42,304 nucleotides of DNA from a virus (lineage: Duplodnaviria; Caudoviricetes): positions 1-42,304 of IMG/VR virus record IMGVR_UViG_3300050331_000001; one strand, written 5' to 3'. A program made the translations under genes and the position numbers. The notes under the pieces are model-generated. The model saw nothing but the letters and a program-made list of their open reading frames with translations, searched no databases and had not been told where the DNA came from. This document shows positions 9,101 to 17,845 of the stretch, in pieces. How positions within the stretch are numbered: position 1 is the first letter of the stretch; each line of letters opens with the position of its first letter.

Positions 9101-10950
9101 CCACCCGTGAGCGCGTAGTCGCCGGCTTGGTTCGCCTGGCGTATGGCGGCGATCGCCTGCTGCTGAATCTGCCGGCCGAACGCGGCCATCTGCGCGCGGT
9201 CGACGTTGCTGGCGAAGTTGTTCGTGAGGCTGACCGTGATCGGAGCACCCCCTCCCTTCGACGCCTCGATCGAGGGCACGACGCGCTCGCCCCGGTGCAG
9301 CAGCGCCGGGTAGTTGTCGTAGGGCACGAAGTCGATGCCGGAGGCTTTACCCGGCGCACCGCCGAAGAGCGACCCGAGGTTGAACGCCGACGACAGCCAG
9401 TTCGCGGCCGGCCCGGTGATGCTCTTGCGAATCGTCAGCCGCAGCAGGTCTTGCCCGATGCCGCCCAGAACGTCGGAGAACTTCTTGCCTTCGATGATCG
9501 CGTCCTCGAAGGCGCTCTGGAACGTGAGGCCGAGCTCGCGCGCGGCGTCGCCCGTTTCCTTCGCCGCCTCGCCCATGCCCTTGAGCATGTCGTCGTTGCG
9601 CTTACTTTCGACCTCGAACTCGGCGGCAATGCCTTCCGTCGGCGAGAGATCCCCGCTCTTCACCAGCTCGCGGATCTCCTCGAGCTGGCGCATGTACGCG
9701 CGCGATGGATCGATCATGTCGCGCCATGCCTCGGCCTGGTCGCGCAGCTTCGTCTCGTCTTCGGCGAGCAGCTGCGAGATGAAGCCCTCGAACTCGTCGG
9801 CCTCTTCGCGCAGCGTCTGCATCCGCTCGAAGTCACGCTGGATCGCAGAATCGATAACCGAAGCCAGGGCGTCTTCGGTCGCCTTTCCCTTGCCCCCCCT
9901 GCCGGGAAACTTCGGCTCGTCCTTGCCGACCTTCGCCGTCGCCGTCGGCGGATCGCCGAAGCCGGACATCACCAGCGCCAGGCGGTTGAGCTTCTCGAGC
10001 CGATCCTTCTTCTGCGCGATCTGGATCTCGAGCAGCGTCGTGTCGACCGGGCGCCCGTAGAAGTCGCGGCTGCCCTTGTCGAGCTGGTCCTGCAATGCTT
10101 TCAGCTCGGCCTGTGCGCCCTCGATCTGCCCTTGGATGTTGCTCCTGTCGGTGCCCAGCGCGTTGAAGAAACCGAGGCCCGCTTGGCGCGCGTCGAGGAA
10201 GTTCTTCGTCACCTCGGCCAGCGTGCTGATGAGCGGGCTGAAAAACTGGATCTTCAGGCCCTCCCAGCTCTTTCCAAGTCGGGTCAGGTTGTCGTTGAAC
10301 TCCTCGGCCGCCTTCGCCGCGTCCTCACTGAACACGACTCCGGCCCGGCGAGCCTCCGATGCCATGTTCGCCAGGCCGTCGCGCCCGCTGTTCAGCAGCG
10401 GGATCAACTTGGCGCCGGCGCGCCCGAAGATTTCGACCGCGTAGGCGGTCTTCGTCGAGCCGTCCTCGAACTCGCTGAAACGCTGCGCGATGTCCTTGAG
10501 GACTTCCTCGGCGGGCCGCAGTGACCCGTCGGCGTTGAGCGCCTTGACGCCGAGCGAATCGAAGACGGCCGCGGCCTCTTTCGAGCCCTGCGCGACATCG
10601 GCCATCTTCGACGTCAGACGCGTGATGCCGCTACCCAACTCCTCAGTGGAGACATCAGAAAGCGACGCCGCGTAGTTCAGTTCGCCGAGCGACTCGACGC
10701 CGATGCCGACCTGCTGCGAGAGCTTGCCGAAAGAGTCCTGCAGATCCGCGATCTGCCGCACCTGCCCGGCGATGGCGACCCCGACCCCGGCGAGTGCCGT
10801 GACCGAGAGCACGCCGCCGAACGACGCGAGCATCGAAGATGCCGAGCGGGCAGCCACGCCTAGCCCGTTGAACTCGACGCCGACCTTCTTGAGAACCGCT
10901 GAGGCGCGGTCCTCGGCGCTAATGACGAATTCGGTCTTGGGGGCGACCAT
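9097..10950 (-). CDS. Tape measure protein
   Basis: Long Ala-rich helical ORF starting MVAPKTEFVISAED; IFGRAGAKLIPLLN and ALLHRGERV motifs. Confidence 0.9.
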   Translation of the reverse strand: MVAPKTEFVISAEDRASAVLKKVGVEFNGLGVAARSASSMLASFGGVLSVTALAGVGVAIAGQVRQIADLQDSFGKLSQQVGIGVESLGELNYAASLSDVSTEELGSGITRLTSKMADVAQGSKEAAAVFDSLGVKALNADGSLRPAEEVLKDIAQRFSEFEDGSTKTAYAVEIFGRAGAKLIPLLNSGRDGLANMASEARRAGVVFSEDAAKAAEEFNDNLTRLGKSWEGLKIQFFSPLISTLAEVTKNFLDARQAGLGFFNALGTDRSNIQGQIEGAQAELKALQDQLDKGSRDFYGRPVDTTLLEIQIAQKKDRLEKLNRLALVMSGFGDPPTATAKVGKDEPKFPGRGGKGKATEDALASVIDSAIQRDFERMQTLREEADEFEGFISQLLAEDETKLRDQAEAWRDMIDPSRAYMRQLEEIRELVKSGDLSPTEGIAAEFEVESKRNDDMLKGMGEAAKETGDAARELGLTFQSAFEDAIIEGKKFSDVLGGIGQDLLRLTIRKSITGPAANWLSSAFNLGSLFGGAPGKASGIDFVPYDNYPALLHRGERVVPSIEASKGGGAPITVSLTNNFASNVDRAQMAAFGRQIQQQAIAAIRQANQAGDYALTGG

Positions 10951-11282
10951 CACCGGCGCCCGTTGATGAGGGTGCGCACCTCGGCCTCGATCTCGCGCAG
11001 AGCATCGAGCACGTCGAGCTCGTCGTCGTGCGGCACGCGCATGGCGTGCAGCACCGCAGGCAGCGCCTCGTAGCGCATGCCGACGACCCCTGCCATTCCG
11101 ACGTTGAGCTGCGACATCATTCGCACTGCCACGTTCTTCGGCACCCAGTTCTCGGGCCACACCTCGCAGCCCTCATCCGGCGGCAGTTCGATCCGCAGCC
11201 CGGCGGCTGCAGCGTTCGCTCGGATCGCTCGATCGTCCCGGCCGCCGGAGACGAGACGACGCGCGATCGCGATCAGTTTTTT
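10950..11282 (-). CDS. Tail assembly chaperone extension (gpT / DUF1799-like), reached by -1 frameshift
   Basis: The frame is open from the slippery site through VWPENW..GMRYEA to 10950. Confidence 0.75.
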   Translation of the reverse strand, partial: KKLIAIARRLVSGGRDDRAIRANAAAAGLRIELPPDEGCEVWPENWVPKNVAVRMMSQLNVGMAGVVGMRYEALPAVLHAMRVPHDDELDVLDALREIEAEVRTLINGRR

Positions 11283-11596
11283 CGGCGCGCCCCGCGCAAC
11301 TCCTCGAGGAAGGCCGAGAGCACCTGGCTTGTGAACGCCGGGAAGTCCTCGGCGGCCTGCCTCAACGCAGCGGGCGAGAACTCGACGTCGGCGCCGCGCC
11401 AGGCGTGGACGAGCTGCTGCAGCACCTCTCGCTGGCGCTCGCGCGTCATGCCGGTGGCGACTTCCTTCGCCAGTTCCATCGCCTGGGTGAACCCCATGTG
11501 GCGGAACTCGAGCTCGAGCGGGAAACCGCCCTCGCCCGGGCGATGGATCTCGACCGTCGCCCAGAACGTCGGATTCGGTTTGAGCTTGAACGTCAC
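11273..11596 (-). CDS. Tail assembly chaperone (gpG-like)
   Basis: FKLKPNPTFWATVEI..RRKN; GTG overlaps the tail tube stop. Confidence 0.85.
   Translation of the reverse strand: MTFKLKPNPTFWATVEIHRPGEGGFPLELEFRHMGFTQAMELAKEVATGMTRERQREVLQQLVHAWRGADVEFSPAALRQAAEDFPAFTSQVLSAFLEELRGARRKN
11276..11282 (-). other. Programmed -1 frameshift slippery site A AAA AAC
   Basis: CGA AAA AAC TGA at the end of the chaperone ORF, typical of the G/GT arrangement. Confidence 0.8.
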
Positions 11597-12564
11597 AGCG
11601 CCACGATCCTCATGTCGTCGTTGCCGGTCAGCGGCGGCGCTTCGAACGCAAGATCGCTCGTCCACACGCCTTCGAGGTTCACCGGCGTCAGACCCAGCAG
11701 ACGCGCCTGCGTGAAGAACAGCAGCACCTTGTTGCCGGCGGCCGTGCCGTGCAGCATGCCGATCGAGCGCGCCGTGTCGGCGGCGATGTCGGCCAGCAGC
11801 GCGACCTCCTGCGCAGCGGTCAGATCCAGCGTCTTTACCGTCCCGGAGACCGATCGATCGGTGAGCACCGATTCCTTCGCTCCGATCAGCTCGCGTCGCG
11901 TGACCACGTTGCCCAGGTCGAACTCGATGCCGCCCGAGACGTAGCTCGTGCCTCCGGTGATCGCACCGGTCGCGTAGCTGCCGCCCAGCACGACGTCGGT
12001 CGTGTTCACGTCGGAGACGATCTGCGGCACCTTCCACGCGGTGAGCGTCGGCGACGGATTCGTCACCGCCGTCGGCGCCTTGAACGGTGCCCAGAACTCG
12101 AAGTTCAGCACCGGCACACCGCCCACCGTGCCCGCACCGTTGAGCGTTCCCACCGCCCCGATGAGCTTGTACTCGAGCCCGTCGGCGTAGGCGTAGATCG
12201 AGGCGGACTTCAGACCGGTGGAAACCGGCGTGTAGTCGACGCGCTGGCCAGCCGTGACCGTCTCGGCGAAGGCGCAGGCCTGCAGCAGCGCACCCCAAGC
12301 CGGCGCGGTGCCGGCGGTGCCCGAGCCCGCGAGCTCGACGGAAAAGCGGATCGACTGCCAGCTCGAACCGAGCAGCTGGTCGGGCGCGCCGAAGTAGCCG
12401 CGCAGGATGTTGCGCGGCACGCGGTCGGCTTCGATCGGCGTAAGCGAGATCTCGCCCACCGGCAGGATCGCGTTCGTCGCGCCCGTGGGAACAGCGTCCG
12501 TGCCCTTGGTCGTCTCGACCTTGGCGAGCAGGACGCAGTTGCGGAACTTGCGGTCGAAGGCCAT
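11593..12564 (-). CDS. Major tail tube protein
   Basis: 323 aa; LLAKVE..GTD and FSVELAGSGTAGTAPAWGALLQAC motifs. Confidence 0.88.
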   Translation of the reverse strand: MAFDRKFRNCVLLAKVETTKGTDAVPTGATNAILPVGEISLTPIEADRVPRNILRGYFGAPDQLLGSSWQSIRFSVELAGSGTAGTAPAWGALLQACAFAETVTAGQRVDYTPVSTGLKSASIYAYADGLEYKLIGAVGTLNGAGTVGGVPVLNFEFWAPFKAPTAVTNPSPTLTAWKVPQIVSDVNTTDVVLGGSYATGAITGGTSYVSGGIEFDLGNVVTRRELIGAKESVLTDRSVSGTVKTLDLTAAQEVALLADIAADTARSIGMLHGTAAGNKVLLFFTQARLLGLTPVNLEGVWTSDLAFEAPPLTGNDDMRIVAL

Positions 12565-12567
12565 GCG

Positions 12568-12675
12568 TCACTCCTCGGTCGGCTGCTCGGGCTGCACCGG
12601 GTGCAGCTCGCCCGTCTCCGGGTCGCGCACGTAGCTGCCGCCTTCCTGCGGGTTCAGTTCTGGGATGTCGTTCAT
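12568..12675 (-). CDS. 35-aa acidic protein (GGSYVRDPETG)
   Basis: ATG overlaps the upstream stop; fills the gap and carries the tube gene RBS; below the ORF-track cutoff. Confidence 0.6.
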   Translation of the reverse strand: MNDIPELNPQEGGSYVRDPETGELHPVQPEQPTEE

Positions 12676-13097
12676 GCGAGGCTCGATTCGGTGGTGCGGT
12701 ACTGGTACTGGTAGATCTTCGTGACGCTCGCGAGGTTCTGCTCTGCGTCCTCGCGACCACGGAACGTCATCGACTCGGAGAACTCGAACGCCAGGCCGCC
12801 GAGAGTCGGATCGGCGGCAAGCGCGTCGAACGACTCGACGACGATCGGATCGGCCGCCGTGAACGGGTTCGGCCCGCCGGCGAGCACGACGACGCGGATC
12901 TCGACCGTGCGCATCTTGTGACCGATCACCAGACGCTGCGGCTCGTCTTCGTCGCCCGTCTCCACCGCAATCGCCGGCAAGGCCGCGGCGGCAATCGCTC
13001 CATGCAGGTCGCGGTACACGCGCGCGGCCGGCACCGTCGAGAGCGCAGACAAGCGCGCGTGCACAGCCTGCGCAATCGCTTCGGCCCGGCTCGTCAT
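12672..13097 (-). CDS. Tail terminator (gpU-like)
   Basis: SRAEAI..V..RL start, ADPTLGGLA, YQYQYRT end; synteny. Confidence 0.75.
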   Translation of the reverse strand: MTSRAEAIAQAVHARLSALSTVPAARVYRDLHGAIAAAALPAIAVETGDEDEPQRLVIGHKMRTVEIRVVVLAGGPNPFTAADPIVVESFDALAADPTLGGLAFEFSESMTFRGREDAEQNLASVTKIYQYQYRTTESSLA

Positions 13098-13381
13098 GCG
13101 GCGAGCCTCAGGGTGACGAGGCCGCCCTCGGGCTCGATGCCGATCACGCGGTAGAGCTTCGAGCCGTTGATGAGGACCTCGGCGTCGCGCTCGACGCCTT
13201 CGGCTGCAGCGGCTGAAACGGAGACGCCCGGCGCCACCGCATCGACCATGCCGAAGGGCTGAGCACCGGGCGCTGTAAAGACCCCCCGCACCGCCGGCGC
13301 GCCGTTGATCGACACGTCGGCATTGCCGAGTGCATCGATCACCGCATCGTCGACGACGACCTCGAGATCTTCGAAGGCCAC
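13094..13381 (-). CDS. Head-tail joining protein (FII-like)
   Basis: Small beta-rich ORF ending YRVIGIEPEGGLVTLRL; synteny. Confidence 0.75.
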   Translation of the reverse strand: MAFEDLEVVVDDAVIDALGNADVSINGAPAVRGVFTAPGAQPFGMVDAVAPGVSVSAAAAEGVERDAEVLINGSKLYRVIGIEPEGGLVTLRLAA

Positions 13382-13392
13382 GGCGGCCGCGC

Positions 13393-13719
13393 TCAGAGCT
13401 TAAGCCTCACCTGCACCGTCGTATCGCCGTTGCCGGCAGGCGACGCGGCGTAGCCGGCCAGCTTGTTCGTCGAGGCGGTGGTCGTGAGGCGCGAGTTGCC
13501 GGCGTCCCAGTAGAGAGCCGCGCCTTGCGCAACGACATCGGTCGTCAGCTTGGTGATCGTGAATACACCGCCCACGGCGACCGATCCAGTCGCGCCGCTT
13601 GTGATGTCCACGAGCGCCACTCCGAGCACGTCGCCCATGAGGACCGGGCTGCCGCTGGTGATGTTCCCGCCGGCGGTGTGTTTCCACACGTCGCCGCGCT
13701 GTACGTAGTTGCCTGCCAT
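13393..13719 (-). CDS. DUF2190-family capsid decoration protein
   Basis: NYVQRGD, LGVALVDI..G.TGSV..GGVF and QGAALYWD motifs; follows the capsid gene. Confidence 0.85.
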   Translation of the reverse strand: MAGNYVQRGDVWKHTAGGNITSGSPVLMGDVLGVALVDITSGATGSVAVGGVFTITKLTTDVVAQGAALYWDAGNSRLTTTASTNKLAGYAASPAGNGDTTVQVRLKL

Positions 13720-13749
13720 GTCCTGAGACTCCTGTCCGTGATCGGAGGG

Positions 13750-15777
13750 TTACGCGCCCTTGCTCGTGGTCGCACCGCGGTAGTCGATCGCCCCGACGCC
13801 GTAGTCCAGGCGCACCTTGTACCGGCCGCCGTCGACGTCGAAGCCGTCCTGCAGCTCGAGGTACGGCTCCTGCACGCCGTCGAGGAAGGCAACCTCGAAC
13901 ACCGGCGCCTCGTTCGGATCGGCGAACATGTAGAAGCGCGTGCCCGCCAGGCGCGGCGTATCGACCACGTCGCGGAAAAGACCCCGGACCATGTTAGGGC
14001 GCTGCAGCTTGTTGGCCGTGTCCGGGTCGTACTCGGCCGCGTTGATGACGCGCGCGTTGCCGCCGCTGGCCACCGGGCACAGCAGCACCGCAGGACGCAG
14101 GTCCAGGTAGTCGTTGCCCGAGATATCCATCTGCGAGGCCATCAACGAGCGAGCGCCGTCGATGATCGTCACCGACATGGCGCCATCCGCCGTCACGTTG
14201 CCGTGATCGGCGTGGAAGAGCGCCTTCGAGTCCGACATCGTCGGGCCCATGCCGCTGTTCAGCGCGAGCTGCGCGTAGACGTCCGCCTCGACGGTGCGCT
14301 TGGCAGCGCGGCCCAGCATCGCAGCGAGGTTCGTGAACGCGCCCAGGTCGTCGTTGACGATCATCTGGCGGCTGACGTTGATGATGTTGCCCTTCGTCGT
14401 CGCCGTGATGCTCGCCTTCTCGCCGTCCGGAATCGCCTTGTTCTGGTACTCGCCGAGCTCGTTGATGGTGTCGAGATTGCCCAGCGAGCCGACGCGGTAG
14501 CGCGGATGCGCTCGGAAGTCCGAGACCGACCCCGTGCGGCAGAAGCGCGACCACGTGTCGGGCTGCAGCGCGTAGGCCTGCTGCAGCGTCTTGTGCATCG
14601 TGTTCTCGAGCAGCACCGGGAAGTCGCTCGTCGACTGCGTGAACGCGGCCGCGACGATTTCCATCTTGCTCATGCCGGCAACGCGAATGCCGGCGCGATC
14701 GAGGCACGCGCGGGCCAGGTCGAGCAGGCTGTGGCCGCGGAACGGATTCGCCGTGCTCGCCCGGATCGGCCGACCCTCCGGGTCACGCGAAGCGGCGCGC
14801 GCGAGGATCGACTCGACAGCCGCAGCGCGGAACTTGTCGCGCTCGTCCTCGGTCGTAACGACATACGATCCGGCGATCGGAGCGGCGTCCTTCGCCAGGT
14901 GCGCGAGCAGCTTGGCGCGGGCAGCGTCGATCGTGCAACCGGTGTCGCTCTGGCACTCGGCGAGCAGCTCGGCCACACCCTCGCGACCCGCGAACGGGTC
15001 GAAGCGCGCGGCGATCTCGGTGCGACGCTCCTTGTCACGAGCGAGCGCGCGCGCTTCGATCTCGGCGACGTCCGGTTGAGGCGTGGGTTCGGGGGTCGCC
15101 TTGGGTTCCGGCTTGGCGCTGCCCTCGATCGGCTTGGTCATGGAAGGGTCCTTCTTCAAGGTGAAAGCCGCAGCGGCGGCCGGAAGGGAACGGAAGCGCG
15201 ACAGGTCCATGTGCGCGGCGATCGGAATCGCCTCGCCCACGACGTCAACGAATTTCTCGTCCTGCGCTTCGCTGGCGGTGTACCAGTGGTCCTCGCCGTC
15301 GGTGAGCAGTGCGAGCATCTCGGCCTGGTCGCGCCCGGTCTTCATGGCGTAGCTCGAGGACATCGCCTGCGCGTGCTTGTCGAGCATGTCGGCGAACTCG
15401 CGCAGGTCGGCGGCATTGCCATACGCCCCGCCCCACGGCGCATGAATCATGAGAAGCGCGTTCTCGGCCATCTCGACCGTGTCGCCGGCCATCGCGACGA
15501 GCGACGCGATCGAAGCGGCGATGCCGTCGATCGAAACCGTGACCGTCGCCTTGTGACGCTTGAGCGCGTTGTACATGGCGATGCCGTCGGTGACAGAACC
15601 GCCGAAGCTGTTGATGCGAACCGTCAGCTCGTCGACGTCGAGCGCGGCGATTTCCTTGACGAACTCGGCCGCGGTGACGGACTCGGCCCACCAGCTCTCG
15701 CCGATGTCGCCGTAGATGAACACCTCGGCAGCGCGCGCTCCGCGGGCCCGGATCGAGTACCACTTGGCTTTGCTCAT
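13750..15777 (-). CDS. ClpP-type prohead protease / major capsid protein fusion
   Basis: INSFGGSV, GIAASIAS and LMIHAPW protease motifs; TSDFP.LL..TMHK.L and K.RLDYGVGAIDYRG capsid motifs. Confidence 0.95.
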   Translation of the reverse strand: MSKAKWYSIRARGARAAEVFIYGDIGESWWAESVTAAEFVKEIAALDVDELTVRINSFGGSVTDGIAMYNALKRHKATVTVSIDGIAASIASLVAMAGDTVEMAENALLMIHAPWGGAYGNAADLREFADMLDKHAQAMSSSYAMKTGRDQAEMLALLTDGEDHWYTASEAQDEKFVDVVGEAIPIAAHMDLSRFRSLPAAAAAFTLKKDPSMTKPIEGSAKPEPKATPEPTPQPDVAEIEARALARDKERRTEIAARFDPFAGREGVAELLAECQSDTGCTIDAARAKLLAHLAKDAAPIAGSYVVTTEDERDKFRAAAVESILARAASRDPEGRPIRASTANPFRGHSLLDLARACLDRAGIRVAGMSKMEIVAAAFTQSTSDFPVLLENTMHKTLQQAYALQPDTWSRFCRTGSVSDFRAHPRYRVGSLGNLDTINELGEYQNKAIPDGEKASITATTKGNIINVSRQMIVNDDLGAFTNLAAMLGRAAKRTVEADVYAQLALNSGMGPTMSDSKALFHADHGNVTADGAMSVTIIDGARSLMASQMDISGNDYLDLRPAVLLCPVASGGNARVINAAEYDPDTANKLQRPNMVRGLFRDVVDTPRLAGTRFYMFADPNEAPVFEVAFLDGVQEPYLELQDGFDVDGGRYKVRLDYGVGAIDYRGATTSKGA

Positions 15778-15785
15778 GAACGCCA

Positions 15786-15833
15786 AGTGTGCGTAGAAGC
15801 GTGTGCAGGTTTTAGGGGAGCCGCTGCACTATT
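15786..15833 (-). promoter_or_regulatory. Late promoter 2 (activator site plus -10 CACACT)
   Basis: 33-bp motif shared with 20938..20970; -10-like hexamer at identical spacing, 8 nt before the ATG. Confidence 0.7.
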
Positions 15834-15848
15834 TGCAGCGCGTGTATC

Positions 15849-15874
15849 AAAAAAAATCCCGCCTCGAAGGCGGG
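15849..15874 (-). terminator. Rho-independent terminator
   Basis: CCCGCCT-TCG-AGGCGGG followed by A and T8 on the minus strand. Confidence 0.85.
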
Positions 15875-15907
15875 CGAAAGGTGGAGATCCCACCTGGAGG
15901 AGACACC
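15849..15907 (-). ncRNA. Anti-Shine-Dalgarno sRNA-like element (resembles Betaproteobacteria toxic sRNA)
   Basis: GGUGUCUCCUCC, hairpin AGGUGG..CCACCU, then terminator. Confidence 0.5.
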
Positions 15908-15911
15908 GGAG

Positions 15912-16205
15912 TTACTTCGCCTCGACGACCCCGATCAGCAGCGTCCTGCGCCGCTTGCGTCCTGCAGTCGTCGTCATCTCGTTCACAAGCGCGAACTCGC
16001 CAACAGCCACGCTCGTCACCCACTGCGTCGTGTACGGGCCCGACTTGCTCTCCGCACCGGCCGTCAACCCTGCCGGCACTTCCCACACGCTGCCGGCGAC
16101 CGTGTCGCCGTCCTCGAGCTCGTCGGTCCAGTCGCGCGACCAGTCGAGCGTCTCGCCTGGTGCCATCGTGACGTAGGGCAGCCCGTCCTTCAGTGCGTAG
16201 CTCAT
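15912..16205 (-). CDS. Fibre adaptor-like protein
   Basis: PGETLDWSRDW..L..GDTV.GSVW..N..TT.AGR..RT motif seen in phage fibre-tail adaptor proteins. Confidence 0.65.
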   Translation of the reverse strand: MSYALKDGLPYVTMAPGETLDWSRDWTDELEDGDTVAGSVWEVPAGLTAGAESKSGPYTTQWVTSVAVGEFALVNEMTTTAGRKRRRTLLIGVVEAK

Positions 16206-17845
16206 GCCGGTATCAGCCTCGTCTGCGCGCGCACCCCGATGACACGCGTTTGTGCACGCACGCGGATCGTGCGTTCGGCCGGCGGCACGACCGGCATGCC
16301 GCCCGTGAGATCGGCGCGTGCGAGAGCAGAAGCCACCGCCGCCGCCTCCATCCGAATCTGCGTCGAGAGCACGCCGCTCGCCATCGCACTCGCAAACGCC
16401 TGCGCCTCGAAGGTGATCGCCACATCAAGCGTGCCGCTGGCCTGCACGACAGACGCGGCAGCACCTTGCAGTGCAATGCCGGTCGTCAGCCCGCCCTCAG
16501 CGATCGCGAGCACGGTGGCGTCAGCCGACAGACCCGCTGGCGCGCCCGGCGCGGTCAGCGCCCCGGACGCCGATGCCGAGCCGAGCGCGGCGGCAGCAAG
16601 GCGTATCGCCGTGGCCAGGTCGCCAGATGCGAGCGCGGAAGAAAGCGCGCTTCCGGCGAGCTGCGCGGCGCCGCCGGCGAGTGTCCCTTGCGCGATTGCC
16701 TTCGCAACGGCTGCGGCCTCGAACCGGATGATCGTCGTGATGCTGCCGGCGGCAAGCGCGGCTGCGGTAGCGTTGCCGGCGAGCGCTGCCGGTGCGCCCG
16801 GCGCGGTCAGATCGCCCGTGGCCTGCGCGCCTGCTTGTGCCTGGGCCGCGAGGCGAATCGCGTTCGTGAGGCCCGCCGCTGCAACGGCCTTCGCGAGCGC
16901 GGCGCCTTGCAGGCGGATCTGCGCAGTGAGCACCCCGCCCGCTTGCGTGAGCGAGGCTGCAGCACCTTCGAGCTGTACGCCGGTCGAGAGGCTGCCGGTG
17001 CTCGTCGTGGCGACGATCGAGGCACCGGCCATGCGGATCGCGGTCGTGAGGCTGCCGGCTGCTTGCGCGGAAGCGAGCGCGTCGGCGTCGAGTTCAGCCG
17101 CCGGCGCGGACGCCCCGAGGTCGAAGTAGATGCGATGCGAGGGGGCGCGGAACATCGAATAACGCCAATCGCTGCGCTCTCGAATCTCCGCATCGGACAT
17201 CGCCCGATTCGCGCACGCGAACAAGTAAAGATCACCCCTCCAATAGCGGGTCGTCGATCCAGAGCCTGTTCTTGCGTAGCGCAAGAAATTGGAAGTCCCG
17301 GCGAATGTGTCGGTAGTTGCTACGCGAGTCGCCGCCAGCACACCATCAACGAACAACCGCAGCACATTGCCCTGTTGCCGCGCCACAACCATCGTCGGCT
17401 TGGTCGTGACAGTGCCGCCCTCTAGCGTTTCAGCCGTGTTGTTGCGGTCCTGACAAAAAGACCACTGCGCGTTGCGAGTCCCGAAGTGCAGCTCGCTCGC
17501 TGTGGTTCCAGTCGCGAATCCGTTTTCGGCGGAGGAACTGGACTGATAGAAACAAACTTGCAGGGTCGCGGCGGCCGTGTCCGTCGTCTTGATGAACGCG
17601 AACGCGGTGAAATCGCCTGAGTCCGGGTAGAACCGATCGGTCGGCGCGTCCGTCGTGTTGCCGCTATAGCGCGCCGCTAGACCTTCTGGCGATGCCGAGA
17701 ACGCCGTCGCAAAACTGGCGTCGCCTACGTTCGTGACGAGGTTGCGCTTCGGCCCCGGAAGCCATACGTGCGACCAGCCGGGCTCGACCTCAACCGCCCC
17801 CTGCGGCTGATGCCTCCACCGCCTCGGCAGGAAGATCGCCGACAC
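16202..17845 (-). CDS. LamG/concanavalin-like domain plus 13 Ala/Gly-rich ~20-aa repeats (fibre scaffold)
   Basis: DFTAFAFIK, LRLFVDGVL and NRAMSDAEI LamG-type motifs; repeats encoded at about 16292..17092. Confidence 0.75.
   Translation of the reverse strand: MSAIFLPRRWRHQPQGAVEVEPGWSHVWLPGPKRNLVTNVGDASFATAFSASPEGLAARYSGNTTDAPTDRFYPDSGDFTAFAFIKTTDTAAATLQVCFYQSSSSAENGFATGTTASELHFGTRNAQWSFCQDRNNTAETLEGGTVTTKPTMVVARQQGNVLRLFVDGVLAATRVATTDTFAGTSNFLRYARTGSGSTTRYWRGDLYLFACANRAMSDAEIRERSDWRYSMFRAPSHRIYFDLGASAPAAELDADALASAQAAGSLTTAIRMAGASIVATTSTGSLSTGVQLEGAAASLTQAGGVLTAQIRLQGAALAKAVAAAGLTNAIRLAAQAQAGAQATGDLTAPGAPAALAGNATAAALAAGSITTIIRFEAAAVAKAIAQGTLAGGAAQLAGSALSSALASGDLATAIRLAAAALGSASASGALTAPGAPAGLSADATVLAIAEGGLTTGIALQGAAASVVQASGTLDVAITFEAQAFASAMASGVLSTQIRMEAAAVASALARADLTGGMPVVPPAERTIRVRAQTRVIGVRAQTRLIPA

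Noticed and set aside
9097-11160. Long ORF-track starts (also 11273..12760, 18247..19335, 28716..29675, 37708..39024, 39648..40442)
   Set aside because: The extensions overlap real upstream genes; downstream coupled starts or starts with an RBS fit better
13393-13719. RecA/RadA recombinase label often given to this family
   Set aside because: 108 aa with no P-loop; position and motifs fit a DUF2190 capsid decoration protein
13330-16176. 948-aa plus-strand ORF, and similar long ORFs at 4061..5485, 8821..10524 and 25930..27399
   Set aside because: Antisense shadows of GC-rich genuine genes; Arg-rich with no recognisable motifs
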